Positions 1-12,421 of a DNA stretch of 64,000 nucleotides are shown here, one piece after another. The translations under genes were made by a program, and so were the position numbers. The notes below the pieces were generated by a model. The model was not told the origin of the DNA. It saw nothing but the letters and a program-made list of their open reading frames with translations, and made no database searches. The first letter of the stretch is position 1. Every line of letters begins with the position of its first letter. This DNA is from Parasitella parasitica NRRL 2501 (taxonomy: Eukaryota; Fungi; Mucoromycota): assembly GCA_025201805.1 (NCBI GenBank), contig MU619282.1:154540-218539 (forward strand). Direction: 5' to 3'.

Positions 1-1018
1 TATTCCCTACCAGTTTTTTTGGAAAGTTAGCTTGGTGAATATCTTCCCCTCCCCCTCTCTTTTACAGTTACAAATAGAACATGCATGTAAATCTTGGAAT
101 GATGACCATTCATTTTCAAAAATTAATAAAATATTGTGTTATTCAATTACTCGAGGTACAAGACTATTTGGCAAAATGAGTATATAAGCTTTTGTTACAT
201 CTTACCACTTTAACGAAGCTAATTAATTTTAATAGGGCACATTTGTCTTTCAAATCAGATAGCCTGTTGACATCTAAAGTCGAGATAGAACTCTAACAGG
301 TTACAAAAATTTAGTATGTACATACGATGCTTGTTATTTCATAATATAAGCTTAATAAATCTCTGCAATGGTGGATAGATTCAACCAAAGAAAACGAAGC
401 ACGGACTTGGCACTTGTAGTACAAAACATTGCGAGCTTAAGCTTTCCAAGTCTAATACACTTTTATAACACAACATATTTATGAATTTTATGCAATAGCA
501 CCATGATTTTTATATTTATTTATCTAAGACGAGTTCTATAGCTTTAGTCTTCCATTGTTATAAACCGCCGTGTACATATAAAACATCCTACTTGCACATG
601 CCAAATGTTCATGTACGTACATCATACATCATTTTATATGTAATGTTGCATCCACAGCAAATCGTTCAAAACCTAGCAAGAAGAGGCAACGGAAAAATGT
701 CTCGTCTACACAGCAACTTTTTTTAAGAGAAAGAAATTTAGTGGTTTATCAAATTTTGAAGGATTAATGAGTTTTGAACGTCGACAGAAATTTTGACTAT
801 AGAATCAGAAATATCATTGTTAACCGAGTGAATATAATGTTACAAAGCTTATCCAGAGATCAGTAGCGGTGATAGCTTGAAACCAGTGTTTAAATTGACT
901 TTGCAGTCAATTACACAAGTTTGTGGTATTGTTTGATATTATGGTTAAAGTTTGGCGGCCTCAAGTTACATATTAACAGGTTTATTGTCGTACGTTTTAT
1001 GTATGCAAGAGAGTAGGC

Positions 1019-1053
<35 letters not shown>

Positions 1054-1847
1054 NNNNNNNNNNCAATTGACAAGATAGATACAACGACTCAAAACATAAT
1101 ATTTTGAAGGCTGCCTAAGCATTTCGTTGAATACTTCTCAACGCTTTGCCAATTGCAAATATTTTGGTATACACTACTCGAAATGCTGTAGTATTAAAAG
1201 AGGTCAGGACAGATAGAGCGAAAAAAAAAAACTCAAGTCTAAATTGCGCTCAAATCCTTTGCTACACAACATACTCACATCACGGAAGGTGGAATAGAAA
1301 GATGATTGTGTGGGAATAAGAAGTGAACCAGCACGGATTTTTCTTGATGCTATGCCTTTCCGCGTATCGAGTGGACTTACTACATGCTGTTGATGCCTAT
1401 ACGGCGAAACGTTGAAATGTATGGTTCTTGCGACATGTCCATTATATACAATGGAATTCATTCCGGTCTGATTTCATTATTGAATTCACGTTCAACTCAC
1501 ACAAGAAGCCAAAGAGAGATCCTCTCATCGTACAAAGCTATCCGAGAGAGTAGGACAATCCATTATCGGTGCATGAGAAAAACAAGCAACTACAGTGCCT
1601 CTACATAGACTCATATTCTGACGTGAAGCAACTAGCAGGAGTAGCATTTTCTTTTCCAAGATATAATCTCATCTTTAACCTTATTAACATGTATAAAGAG
1701 AGGTACATGTATTTCTCTTTTTCTCTCTCTCTTTTTTTCTTTTCTCTATATCATACATTTCAAAACGGTAGTCTCTCTACCCCCATATACGTTCACTTTT
1801 CTTCACGATCCTATCCTTTACTGATTATTATTTCAACGTTTACAATT

Positions 1848-2981
1848 ATGAACAAACTTCACTGGTCTTCAGAGTATCTTGATGAATGTCAACAGAAATA
1901 CATGCCCAAAACAGAGCTTGAACAGCAAGCTTCCTTATTATATTCTGGTAATATAAGAGTCATCGATGTGTGTAGTCATCGCATTAACACTGGCATAGCA
2001 TCGCCTTTCTACGCTGCATCTCTTTGCGGCTCGCCTGCTAATAGTGTCATGTACGGCTGTAAAGAGCCTTTCATGACCAGCCCATCTAATATGACCCGAC
2101 AACATGGCCCCGGAAGCCCAGATTCTTTAATGTCTGGATTTTCTGTGACCCAATCTATTTATCATCACCCTCAAGTATCGCCTCAACTAGTACAATCTTT
2201 GTCTAGTTCAACTGTTCATTCCACGAATAGCGCTAGCTCCGCCTCCGCTACAACCTACTTGGACAAAACAATTGCCAAGGCTTCAGCATTGCCAGAATCC
2301 TTTTATCCTGAGTTTCTTCAACATTCTAAGGAATCATTTGAGCAAAGTGCTTCTAGTGATAATGGTAGCAGTGCTAAAAAACGCAGGCGATTAGATAAAC
2401 ATCAGCAGCACTATCAAGAAGAAGATGACGATCGCGATGAAGAAAAACGCCCTGCCAGCAAGCAAAAAGTCGAGTAAGCTCACACCTTTAAAAGGCTGAC
2501 TGCATATACACGATTTTTAACATTGCATATTTGCTCTCCTAGACTACAGCCAGACTCTTCGGCTAATGTCACTGAATTAAGACGTCAAATTCACATTCAA
2601 TCCGAACAAAAACGTAGAGCCCAGATTAAAGATGGCTTTGAAGATTTGCGTACAGAGCTGCCAGCCTGCCTGAGCAAAAAGATGAGCAAAGTGACCTTAT
2701 TACACAGAAGTAAGATTTTGTTTTATAATTTTTCTATTACTCAACAAATTTAATATTACAGCTGTCCAACACATCCAACACTTGAAGTCTACTCAAACGA
2801 CTATATTGGCCGAGCTTGAACGTCTTGTTCAAGAGAATGGACAACTCAAAAGGCACGTATTTCATATAAAAGAAATGCCACATTAGAAAGCTAAATTACT
2901 CATACCGTATGACACAGCTTTCAACAAGGTGTATTACAAAGGCAAGCACTCGAAAACATGTATTCTATTAGAAACATGTAA
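1848..2981 (+). CDS. bHLH transcription factor (Myc/Max/Mlx-like), spliced, ~4 exons
   Basis: Basic-HLH motif RRQIHIQSEQKRRAQIKDGFEDLRTELP..KMSKVTLLHR; GT-AG introns near 2474, 2710 and 2853; leucine-zipper-like LERLVQENGQLK. Confidence 0.88.
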
Positions 2982-3437
2982 CACATCGCATCTTTCTTCC
3001 CTACATTTTACCATCTCCAATACCCTCCTACTGCTCTCGCGTAGACACAAGTGGTAGAAGCCATTGGCATTTTCCTATTACTGCGTTACGTGTTTCACCT
3101 GCATACCCTGTTATTCGATACTCTATTCCTCAAAGCCCGTTTTTCTCTGCAAAGATCCAACATTTAGAATTTTTATGCCTTTAGAAAGAAAAAGCTACTA
3201 TGCTCTCTCCTACGCTTCTTATACTGATAGAGTAAATGAACTATGAGACCAAACGAAAGCCACAATATTAAGACCGTTAATAAAAAATAGCGCAAAGAGT
3301 AATTGCATATGTACCAACAAAAGAGATGGTTATGTTGTAAAAAAATTATATAGAAGAAAAAGAGGATGAGTTTCTGATAGAAATAAGCTTTATAGAGTTT
3401 CTGAATTTACCGAATATAGCCCTCATCGAGGGCAGGC

Positions 3438-5263
3438 CTATATTCTTTTCTTGTTCAGAAAGACATCAGCAAGTTTGTCGAAATTATCAGTTCTTGAAAA
3501 ACTGGTTTTTGCGTCGAAGGATGGAAATGTCACGCCGAAGACGAGTTGGGCCACACCTGCCAAACCGATCACAAGAGCACTGAGAGTGTCTCTGTTGTGA
3601 GTGTTGTGGGCAGACTTGACAGAGATACAGTCTTTATTGACACAAATGAATGCACCTTTGACTGTCTTGAATTGGGTTTGGTCGTTGTCTCGTACGACAC
3701 GTAACGGGTGAGAGACCAACATAACGCAAAAAGCCTTTCGTTCGTGAACCGACACCAAGTCCGCGATCACCTACAAACATAACAAGGCGCTTGAGCCTTT
3801 TGTCTTCGTCGTCGATGCAATGATTTCGTTCAGTGGAGCATTATTTATCAATGAATTTTCTTTTCCGCAACTCGTATTGTCTCTTCTTTTTTGCAAGGTG
3901 AGCAGAGTTGTAGAAGCTTCGGACCTCCCCAGCACGACTAAACTGTTTGTTCTCCCAGACAAGTAATTCATCAATTGTGTTGACGTCGGANNNNNNNNNN
4001 NNNNNNNNNNNNNNNNNNNNNNNNNNNNNNNNNNNNNNNNNNNNNNNNNNNNNNNNNNNNNNNNNNNNNNNNNNNNNNNNNNNNNNNNNNNNNNNNNNNN
4101 NNNNNNNNNNNNNNNNNNNNNNNNNNNNNNNNNNNNNNNNNNNNNNNNNNNNNNNNNNNNNNNNNNNNNNNNNNNNNNNNNNNNNNNNNNNNNNNNNNNN
4201 NNNNNNNNNNNNNNNNNNNNNNNNNNNNNNNNNNNNNNNNNNNNNNNNNNNNNNNNNNNNNNNNNNNNNNNNNNNNNNNNNNNNNNNNNNNNNNNNNNNN
4301 NNNNNNNNNNNNNNNNNNNNNNNNNNNNNNNNNNNNNNNNNNNNNNNNNNNNNNNNNNNNNNNNNNNNNNNNNNNNNNNNNNNNNNNNNNATAATATGCT
4401 CTTCTTGATCTTGATCCTTTGTAGCAGAGTCAAAACATTCTTGATACATTCGTTGTCTAAAATTTGCTAGCCTCTCTTTACAACCCAACAATCTTTGATT
4501 GATTTCATCCCTTGTGTTTTTCAAATGTTGAATTTGCGTATACAAAGATGTCTGATTTTTGCTATTTGTCCAAGCTCAGATAAGATTCTTCCTGTTTTCG
4601 TTCTTTGTTAAACAATTGCTTTCTTGCATGGTAAGACAGTCTAATAAGTGATATATCGTCAACGGGAATAGAGCTTGCGTATTGTTTGACATTACGAGCA
4701 TTTTGACGGTCCCTTTGACGATCTAAATAATCTCGTTTTTTAGCCTCACGCAAGGGAGCTAAATGAACACGAAGGAGAGCAAGCAACAAATGATTAAGCA
4801 GGGAATAGAACGCCTTGTTGTTGGACCACATGTTTAGAAAATTGGTTTTGTATTTCGCCAAAGCCATCTTCATGATAAAGGAATCTGCTTCGATATCTGA
4901 TTTATTTGTGATAGGAAGTGCCGATATTATAGTTTTTTCGATTCGACGGTTGTCTTTTTTACCAAGTTTATCAAAATATTCAGAATGAATACGATCCAAG
5001 TGGCTGTCATTAAAAAGTTTATCAAATTCTTGAGTGAAAGATTTCATTCGATAGACAATCGCCTGGTAACAGTGGCGGCATTTGTCCAAACCGCGGATTG
5101 AAATGATATCCTGCTGGTAAAACAAGGGCAGGGTCTTGGCCAGTTTTTGGTTCAAGAGCTACACGATCATTTTCATGCAAGACAAAGGATGACGTTTCAA
5201 ATAGCAAGACGATTTTCAATACGGTACCACTTCTGTTTCCTCAATGGCTCTTTTTTTGCCCAT
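3438..5263 (-). pseudogene. Fanzor / TnpB-like RuvC nuclease relic (frameshifted, internal stops, assembly gap 3991-4390)
   Basis: C-terminal VKGAFICVNKDC...NRDTLSALVIG (Zn-finger half plus RuvC-III RD..A..I), VSVHE (RuvC-II-like) and RSFYNSAHLAKKKRQYELRKRKFIDK; ORF fragments 4562-5155 and 3841-4545 on the same strand. Confidence 0.7.
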
Positions 5264-5607
5264 TGATTTCCAGTGTGTAGGAGTGTTTATTTATGTGACG
5301 CCAGGAATATAAGTTAATCGTTGTTTCTTTTTAATTCTAGCCATTTTTCATCCGCAAAGGTTATACAAAAATGAAAAGAGAAAGAAAAATGAATTACAGA
5401 ATATTCATGATTTATTCATGAGAACAAAAGGGTCTGATGCATATGTTTCCAAATTTATCTCTGTGTGACACCTTAAACAATATCGTTCTTCAATTAGAGG
5501 AACAATACGAATCTATCAGTTACTTCCTCGGTGATGTTTTTATGTCGTAGTATTTTTTGTTTATATATGGAGACCTTGGTCCTGATTTTATTTGAGTGAA
5601 ATTTAAT

Positions 5608-5740
5608 GTATCCGTATTTACTCGAAAAAATTAAATAAACATATCCAATCAAAAAAATAGAATACCCACCCATTGGCTGATATGGTTTTTGAGTTACTGA
5701 AAATGGATAAACTTTCCCTTTCTAACTGTTTTTGAGATTA
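5608..5740. repeat. Dispersed repeat, second copy at ~63010-63235 (probable TE end)
   Basis: gtatccgta...aaattaaataaacatatccaatca...ccattggctgatatggtttttgagttactgaaaatggata is shared nearly verbatim. Confidence 0.8.
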
Positions 5741-6214
5741 CAGTACATCTTAAACTTGTAAGTTTATAAGGTGATGAGAGTGGTTAAACCATAGTTAATG
5801 AATTTGCAAAGATATATAAGAACTGCCAAGTCATAATAAATTTTTATAAAAACAAATTGATATTTACTTATATATTTATATAACGTAAAGTAAGTATCTT
5901 CGATAATTTTAATAACTAAACGAGTCTTATATTTGTTCTACATGTAGCATAGTTAATGGTCGTATTTAGTCCTCAATGTTATTATTCCAAATGCTTTGAA
6001 GTCTGATAAGCTTCTTCTTCCATATTTTCAATTCTAGTTCTCGCTTCTCAATGAGTTGCTCTAAATTGATACTATTTTTTAAATCGTCTTCCCATTGTTC
6101 GCTTAATCTTCTTTTTTGTCCAATTACGATACTGACAGTATCATCATCAGATTGAGTATTTTCAATTTTGTGTACAGTAGCAATAGTACTTGCAATAGGT
6201 TGGTGATTTTCAGT

Positions 6215-7360
6215 TTCATTGATTGGCAGCTGTTTTTCTTCCTCTGTCCAGAAGCCATAAGTCTGCATCATTGGAGAACTTATCCCCCAACCTGTGTCCG
6301 AACTGTCCGTGGTGATTATGATCTTGGGCTTCTTTAGTTGAATTTTGTGGATGGGTAACCCGTTCTTCTTGGTTATGAACTACTTCCACCACATTAGCTC
6401 CTCCATTGCTAGTGTGGACAATTGACATCGGTCTTCCCAGTTGTAGTTCCGTTGAGTCAGGCTGATTGCCAAGCTCCTCTGTAAGTGGCGGATGTGCAAT
6501 AAGGCTTCGCCCACCGCAGGTAACATGGCGGTAATCTTCCCAAGTAGTCCAGCAATCCATCGGCAAGATCTTGTTATGGGCGAAAGTGCTTGTTTGATCT
6601 TTTGTATCAGCTTCTTGACCTTCAATTCCGGTACCTTGATCTTCATGGTTACTGTGTTGAATTGAAAACCCAGATATTCCTGTGTTTGGGATGGAGTCAG
6701 CATGCTTTTCCTCCGGTTGATAACGAATCCTAAGGACTCGAGATGATGTATTACCGTCTTTGTTATTTGTTCCAAATCCTTTGCGTCCCTTGATAGCAGA
6801 CAAATGTTCAAATAGTACACCAAACAGATTCCTTGTTTTCTTAACGGTTCGATGGCATGACGCAGTATTTTGGAAAAAATTCTTGGGGCTACATTTAATC
6901 CGAAATTTAGTGATTTGTATTGGTAAATTATGCCTTCGTTTTCGAACACTAAGAAAGGTTTGATTCTGGATGTATAGGTATTACGGTGTATGCGTCCTGC
7001 AAATCCAGCTTGACCATGTAGTCTCCTGATTCTATTAAATCTCTTAACGCCGGGACGCCTTCCATCTTGAAATGCTCCACCTGTATACATTGATTGATTC
7101 GGCGGCAACCCAGAATCGGGCGTCTCTTCGTTGCTTCCTGTAGTGTGAAGAACCTGGATAGGAAACCTCGTGATCGCGGGTTGTGGCATACTTCTATTAT
7201 TCACGCTGTAAGAAATTTGTTTACGGCAATGTTGATTTCGTCTTGCTCTTCTCTTGGAGTTGTAGTTCTTGGTAAGCGCCAAGGACTTGGTGTTTGAGCA
7301 AACTGAATTTGGTAACCTTCTTTGATAATCTTCAGTGGCCACGGATGTTGAACGATCTTT
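6215..7360 (-). mobile_element. DIRS/Ngaro-type retrotransposon RT-RNase H remnant
   Basis: YQYKSLNFGLNVAPRIFSK, degenerate YLDD (YYLNIC), KSMLTPSQTQEYLGF, EELMWWK, then in another frame the RNase H start TIITDSSDTGWG...GFWTEEEKQLPIN. Confidence 0.8.
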
Positions 7361-7409
7361 TGCCAATTGTGTAGACATCGAAAAGATCATTGACTTCGAT
7401 TCACCACCT

Positions 7410-8703
7410 ACCGTAATTCCAACAGTGGACACAACTATGGAAATCGACTCGCTTACGGAAAGCATAAAAGATTGTATCTATTGACGACGGTAGCAAAAAG
7501 TACAAGAAGTACACACCCGAGTAAGTGCGCATGTTCATACAGATAATGCAAGACGAAGGCACTACTGTACCTAAAGCGGCAGTACATTGTAACATTCCTC
7601 GACAAAGCGCTTACAGGCTGCTCAAGGAATTCAACGATAGCAACGGTAGTGTACTGTCTGGTTTTGCTCCGAAAGCCAAGAACAGAGGTACGAAACAAAA
7701 GCTTTTCGATCAGCATTCCCTGTTTTTGATTAATTACCACAAGTCTACAACACTTGGATTGGCCAAAGAAGTTCTTCCCAAGCAATTTCCAGACTTGGAA
7801 GATATTTCTATGCCTTCTCTGTGGAAGCATGTAACAGTAAATTGTGCTTTTTCGTTAAAAAGTGCATCTATATACAACGAAGAAAGAGACGCTGAACGAA
7901 CACTTCGCCTTTGCTGTGAGGTGGTAAGTAGATGGAAGGAAATTGGCGTCGACTTTAAAAAGAATTGCGTATTTGTAGATGAAGCAGGCTTTAATACGCA
8001 TATGATAAGAGGGCGAGCTTGGTCCAAAGTAGGAGAGCCAGCGAATGTTACTGTTCACAAGCAAAGAGGTGCTAATATCAGTATCGTTGGATGCATTGCG
8101 TATTTTGGAACAGTCATTTTTTCAAAAGTAGAGAGCCTTTAACAAAGGTAGCTGCAGAAAAGCTTGAACAAGAGTATGCAAACCCTGCCACCAAAAAAAG
8201 AAAAGCAAAAGACCCTGAGAAGAAAAAGCCTTTGAAAAAGGGAACCACGGCATATCATATTGTCAAGTTTTTGGAAGCAACAATGGAGACACTTGATAGG
8301 CACGACAAAAAGGGATTTTTCATAGTAATGGATAATTGTAGAATTTACCACTCTGCATTTGTTGCTGATGCTATTAATAAGAGAGGGTATAAACCTTTGT
8401 TCATGCCTCCTTACTCTCCTTTTTTAAACCCGATCGAAGAATGCTGGTCAAAAATAAAGAGCAATATCAAGAGAAACCCACTTGATAAAGCAGATAGTTT
8501 GACATCGCGTCTTCCTGGAGCTTGCGGATCTGTTACTGTTCAAGACTGCCAAGGTTGGATCAGACATGCTGAGATCTTCTGGGACAGGTGCATTAACAAA
8601 GAACTAGGATTAAGGTAAATATTATCACTGTATGTTATCTTTTTCTACATATTTAATCCCAAAATGAAAAAATTCGTCCCAACTTATGCGGTATCAAAAC
8701 CTG
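7410..8703 (+). mobile_element. Tc1/IS630-family DD34E transposon, 5'-truncated, frameshifted transposase (7525-8618)
   Basis: CVFVDEAGF, VMDNCRIYH...PPYSPFLNPIEECW; frameshift at ~8135; right end ...aaaacctg|TA at 8703. Confidence 0.88.
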
Positions 8704-8928
8704 TAGTGATAAAAAAAAAAAAGTTTTCAATGCAATGGACAGCGTATGACAGCTAAGCCTTACTTTGTTGTGATATTAAAATTGGCACAATAAATCAATT
8801 CTTTTCAATCATTGAGCTGCTTTCATTGCACAGACACGAGGCGATTTATTATAGATTCTGAGAAAGAAAAATTGAGATACTACAAAGGTATAAAATAAAA
8901 GTAGAAAGAGAACAATAATGGCTATTTT

Positions 8929-9843
8929 TTAGGATGAACTCTTGGGAGCAAGAGTAACAGCCAAAACTACGATAAGAATAATAATAATAATAACAGCAAT
9001 ACTAAAACAGATCCACTTTTTACGACGCATAGACATTGCAGATGTTTTCGCCTTTTCAACAAATTGAACACCTTGTTCCAAATTGGCAGTAGTTTCAAAC
9101 GCACTCTGCTCGATGGTATCCAGCACCTTGGACTGAGCATTCAACATAACTTGCATCTCTTCAAAGAGCAGAGACAGCTCTTGCACGCTTTTGGCCAAGC
9201 GTTTGATGTCCTCATGACGTTCTTGTACGGCATCCAAAGTGGTTTGAGCCTCGTGACGTCTATAATCGCCACTGACAGATTGAAGCAACTGTTGAGTAAA
9301 CACAGCACCTCCACCTTGCTCTGCATTAGCGATGGCTTTTTGAATGTCTTGGGAGGTGGCATTCGGATTAGCAATCTTAATTTGTCTTTCCAGCTGTCTC
9401 CCTTCTTCCTTTTGAAAGTTCAACGCAACTCTACGGTGATTTTCAATGGCATCCATAAAGGACTTTGTTACAGAGCTAAAGGCATTCTTTCTCATGGCCA
9501 GGTCGGTGTGTCGAGAGGTCGGTTCGATCTCTTTCAGCTTTTGTTTAACGTGTGTCATGATGTTTTGAGTGTCTGCGGTGAGTTGATCAAGTCGCTGACT
9601 AGAGTCGTCTCTAGCGTCAACAGTTTGAAGTATGCTCGATTGCAAGGAGCCGATAGCCTTGACGTTGACATTGATCTGGGTTATACTTTCCTTTACATGA
9701 GAGACTTGGTCAAGAAATCCCTCGACAGAAGTGATATCGCCAGTGGTTGACAAAAGGGGGCGCATCTCATAGCCTCCGCCTACATTCCGATCCGAGCTAC
9801 CATTGTTGTCTCTTTTGAGATCTGCAAGTCTATTTACGCTCAT
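8929..9843 (-). CDS. Plasma-membrane syntaxin (Sso1/2-like t-SNARE), intronless
   Basis: Habc helices, SNARE motif (VQERHEDIKRLAKSVQELSLLFEEMQ), RRKKWIC plus C-terminal TM helix; likely start MSVNRLADL. Confidence 0.93.
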   Translation of the reverse strand: MSVNRLADLKRDNNGSSDRNVGGGYEMRPLLSTTGDITSVEGFLDQVSHVKESITQINVNVKAIGSLQSSILQTVDARDDSSQRLDQLTADTQNIMTHVKQKLKEIEPTSRHTDLAMRKNAFSSVTKSFMDAIENHRRVALNFQKEEGRQLERQIKIANPNATSQDIQKAIANAEQGGGAVFTQQLLQSVSGDYRRHEAQTTLDAVQERHEDIKRLAKSVQELSLLFEEMQVMLNAQSKVLDTIEQSAFETTANLEQGVQFVEKAKTSAMSMRRKKWICFSIAVIIIIILIVVLAVTLAPKSSS

Positions 9844-10729
9844 TTGGTAGAGGAAAAAAAAGAAAAGAAAAAAAGGTAAAGGTGTGGAAGAGAGAAAGAA
9901 AAGAAAACGAGGCAAGACATTATTATTGTTATAAACAAATGTCGGGGTTGTGTGATAGACAATCTATTTATATTTCATTTCCTTTAGGCAAAAAAACAAG
10001 GGGCTCAGCCAAAAAGTGTTTATTTGAGTTTGATTAGCACTTTTGTACGTATCCAATTACATTAATCAAGGCAAAGCCAAGCACTCTTTTTATTGCTCTT
10101 TTTTTTATTGAAACACATTAAATCTTGCCTATGGATCTCTCAAGATATTTTTCTTACCCACCATTGCTCCGGTTGTTAGTAAACTGTGATTTTTTATTAT
10201 CAACATATCGGACAACCATCTCACTCTTTGTCCTGACAGATTGTAACAATATAAGCAAACAATAATAATAAAAACATCAGTGAAAGCTGTTAAACAAACC
10301 ATAAACCTTACAAAATAGACACACTAGACAGGCACATAGATCAAGTTAAGCGCCTATCCATACGTGTTATACGCTTAATATTGACTATAATTAATCTTGA
10401 TCGAGTTTACCACCATTCTTGCAGCAACATTCAGTAAGAATAGCGGGATTTGAATAGTGGAGATGGATTCCAGGAACAAAACCACAAAACACCCAATACA
10501 CATGATAAGGGTAGTTGGTGTATTAAGTACTCTCCAATTGATCAAAGTCATGAATTTTTTGATATTTACTTTCTTCTACTATCAATATGCCTCCTTTTCA
10601 GACTAGAAATTGCACAAGCTGCAAAATTTCTCTTCCTGAAACCTCTTCGTTCCGAAAATGTGATTCATGTAGTGTAAGTAAAAATTGTTTGCCGAGTAAA
10701 ACTGTAAATTGAGCAAACTTTTTTTTCAG

Positions 10730-11843
10730 GAACGTGCCCGAAACTAGGCCAGACATAGAGCTGCGTCAAGGCCGGCAGCACTCAGAGCACCCAGAGCACC
10801 CGCAGCTTTTGTTTCTGAATTGGCAAGAATGCGAACCTCTGATCTGGGAACGATGAATGTTGAATGTGATGGTTGTGGTGCCTTGCATTGGGAAGCAGAA
10901 AGAGCTACCAATCAAATGAGAAACGACAATTGCTTCTATGCTTGCTGTAAAAAAAGAAAGGCTATATTGCCCTTACTACAAGAACCGCCTGATCAACGGT
11001 AATCATCCACGCTCAGCGCATTGCTTGCAGCATACGAGACAGTACAACACTTTGTTTACGTTTACCTCATTTGGTGCTGACGCTACCCCTGAGCAACTTC
11101 AACGAGAGAGCCAAGAAGAAATCAGAGGTGGGATCATACTCGAATTCGTGTTCATGGAGAACTGTATCATATGCAAGCTCCTTTGAATTTGAACAACAGC
11201 CCAAAATACAACCAGCTGTATATTTATGATCCGGATTATTCTGCTGCAATTCGATCTGCAGATTAACGGAATGAAGGGTTAGACGAGACAATCATTGAAC
11301 AGTTGAGAGAGATGATTGCTAATCCAGATATTTGTGGCAACCCTTTCGTCCAAATATACAAGCACGCTCACGAAATTTTGAGAGAGGAAGAGGAGCGACA
11401 AGCCCAAAATGGTATCAACGAGGATGCTCACATCAGGCTCAATCCTCAGATGCGAATGGAGCTAATTGTTGGTGAAGACAGACGCACCCAAAATCTGCCA
11501 ACTGTCAACGAGATTGCGGCTATTATACCCAACGAATATGCTGACAGGAGTTTCAGAGATATTTTGATCACATATCGAAATAGCTCCTCCTCCAGTGCTC
11601 AGGGTCTTTTCAAAAGAATTAATGAAACGCATGCTGCCTATATGCCTCTTCATTATGTCTTGCTTTTCCCTAGAGACGAATATCCACAGTAGAGAGGGGT
11701 GGGGTGGGGGGGGGGGTTCAAGGGGGATACCTCCCCCCTGACTATTATGTAAACTTCTCCATTATCAATGCTTTATTGTAGTGTAAATTATATCTTCCCG
11801 CAGGGCGACGCCGTCATCGAGCGAAACGAGATCAAACGGCTAG
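10730..11843 (+). mobile_element. Helitron remnant: Rep N-terminal fragments plus 3' terminus
   Basis: MNVECDGCGALHW, ACC, QYNTLFTFTSFGA, NLPTVNEIAAII, AAYMPLHYVLLFP; terminal hairpin followed by CTAG|T at 11840-11844. The 5' boundary is not determined. Confidence 0.85.
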
Positions 11844-12421
11844 TAAAACTTAATACCGCCAAATGGAAATACCTTGGACATAAATAAGATATTGAAATCA
11901 GCCTCTGTTCCATGCAACGTCAATGTTTAATTATTTATCTCTAACGATATTATTGCAACAAAGCTTGAAAATTTCGACAAAATAACGAGGAAAGAAGGAA
12001 GCACCGTCATCAACAACAGTGGTGTTTTAGTTGCGGTGAGTGTAGGTTACTTTTCAAGCTGACTTGTCGTGGACCTTCAATTGTTTAGTCCAACCTGTAC
12101 AGTCAAACCTATGGAAATTGGCGTTTTCACAAAAATAATTGTCACTTTCATAAAAATGATTAACCGAAAGGCAAAAATAATTGGCGGAAATTGAAAAATA
12201 AATGTCACATGCTCAATTCTTTTTGTAATTTTGGCCAAGAATATTTGTCCATGCCAAGTAATTAAATTAGGCGGTTAAGTTACAATATTGTCCCTTTTCT
12301 TCGTTACTGAATTTTGTTATTTTTTTTTCTACTAAAAACATTTTCTAACAATGAGCACATTTTTTTATGAAGATGGACAAGACAACATTTATAATGAGCA
12401 AGGAGAAATCGTTACGATCCG

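Noticed and set aside
3991-4390. Long ORFs spanning the N-run
   Set aside because: Assembly gap; the frames are not real
6380-7465. 361-aa ORF as a single gene
   Set aside because: Chance read-through across antisense Tc1 sequence and out-of-frame DIRS sequence; only the C-terminal half is RT
9064-9750. 228-aa antisense ORF (likewise 31266-31901, 57423-57788, 61168-61533)
   Set aside because: Shadow ORFs opposite well-supported genes
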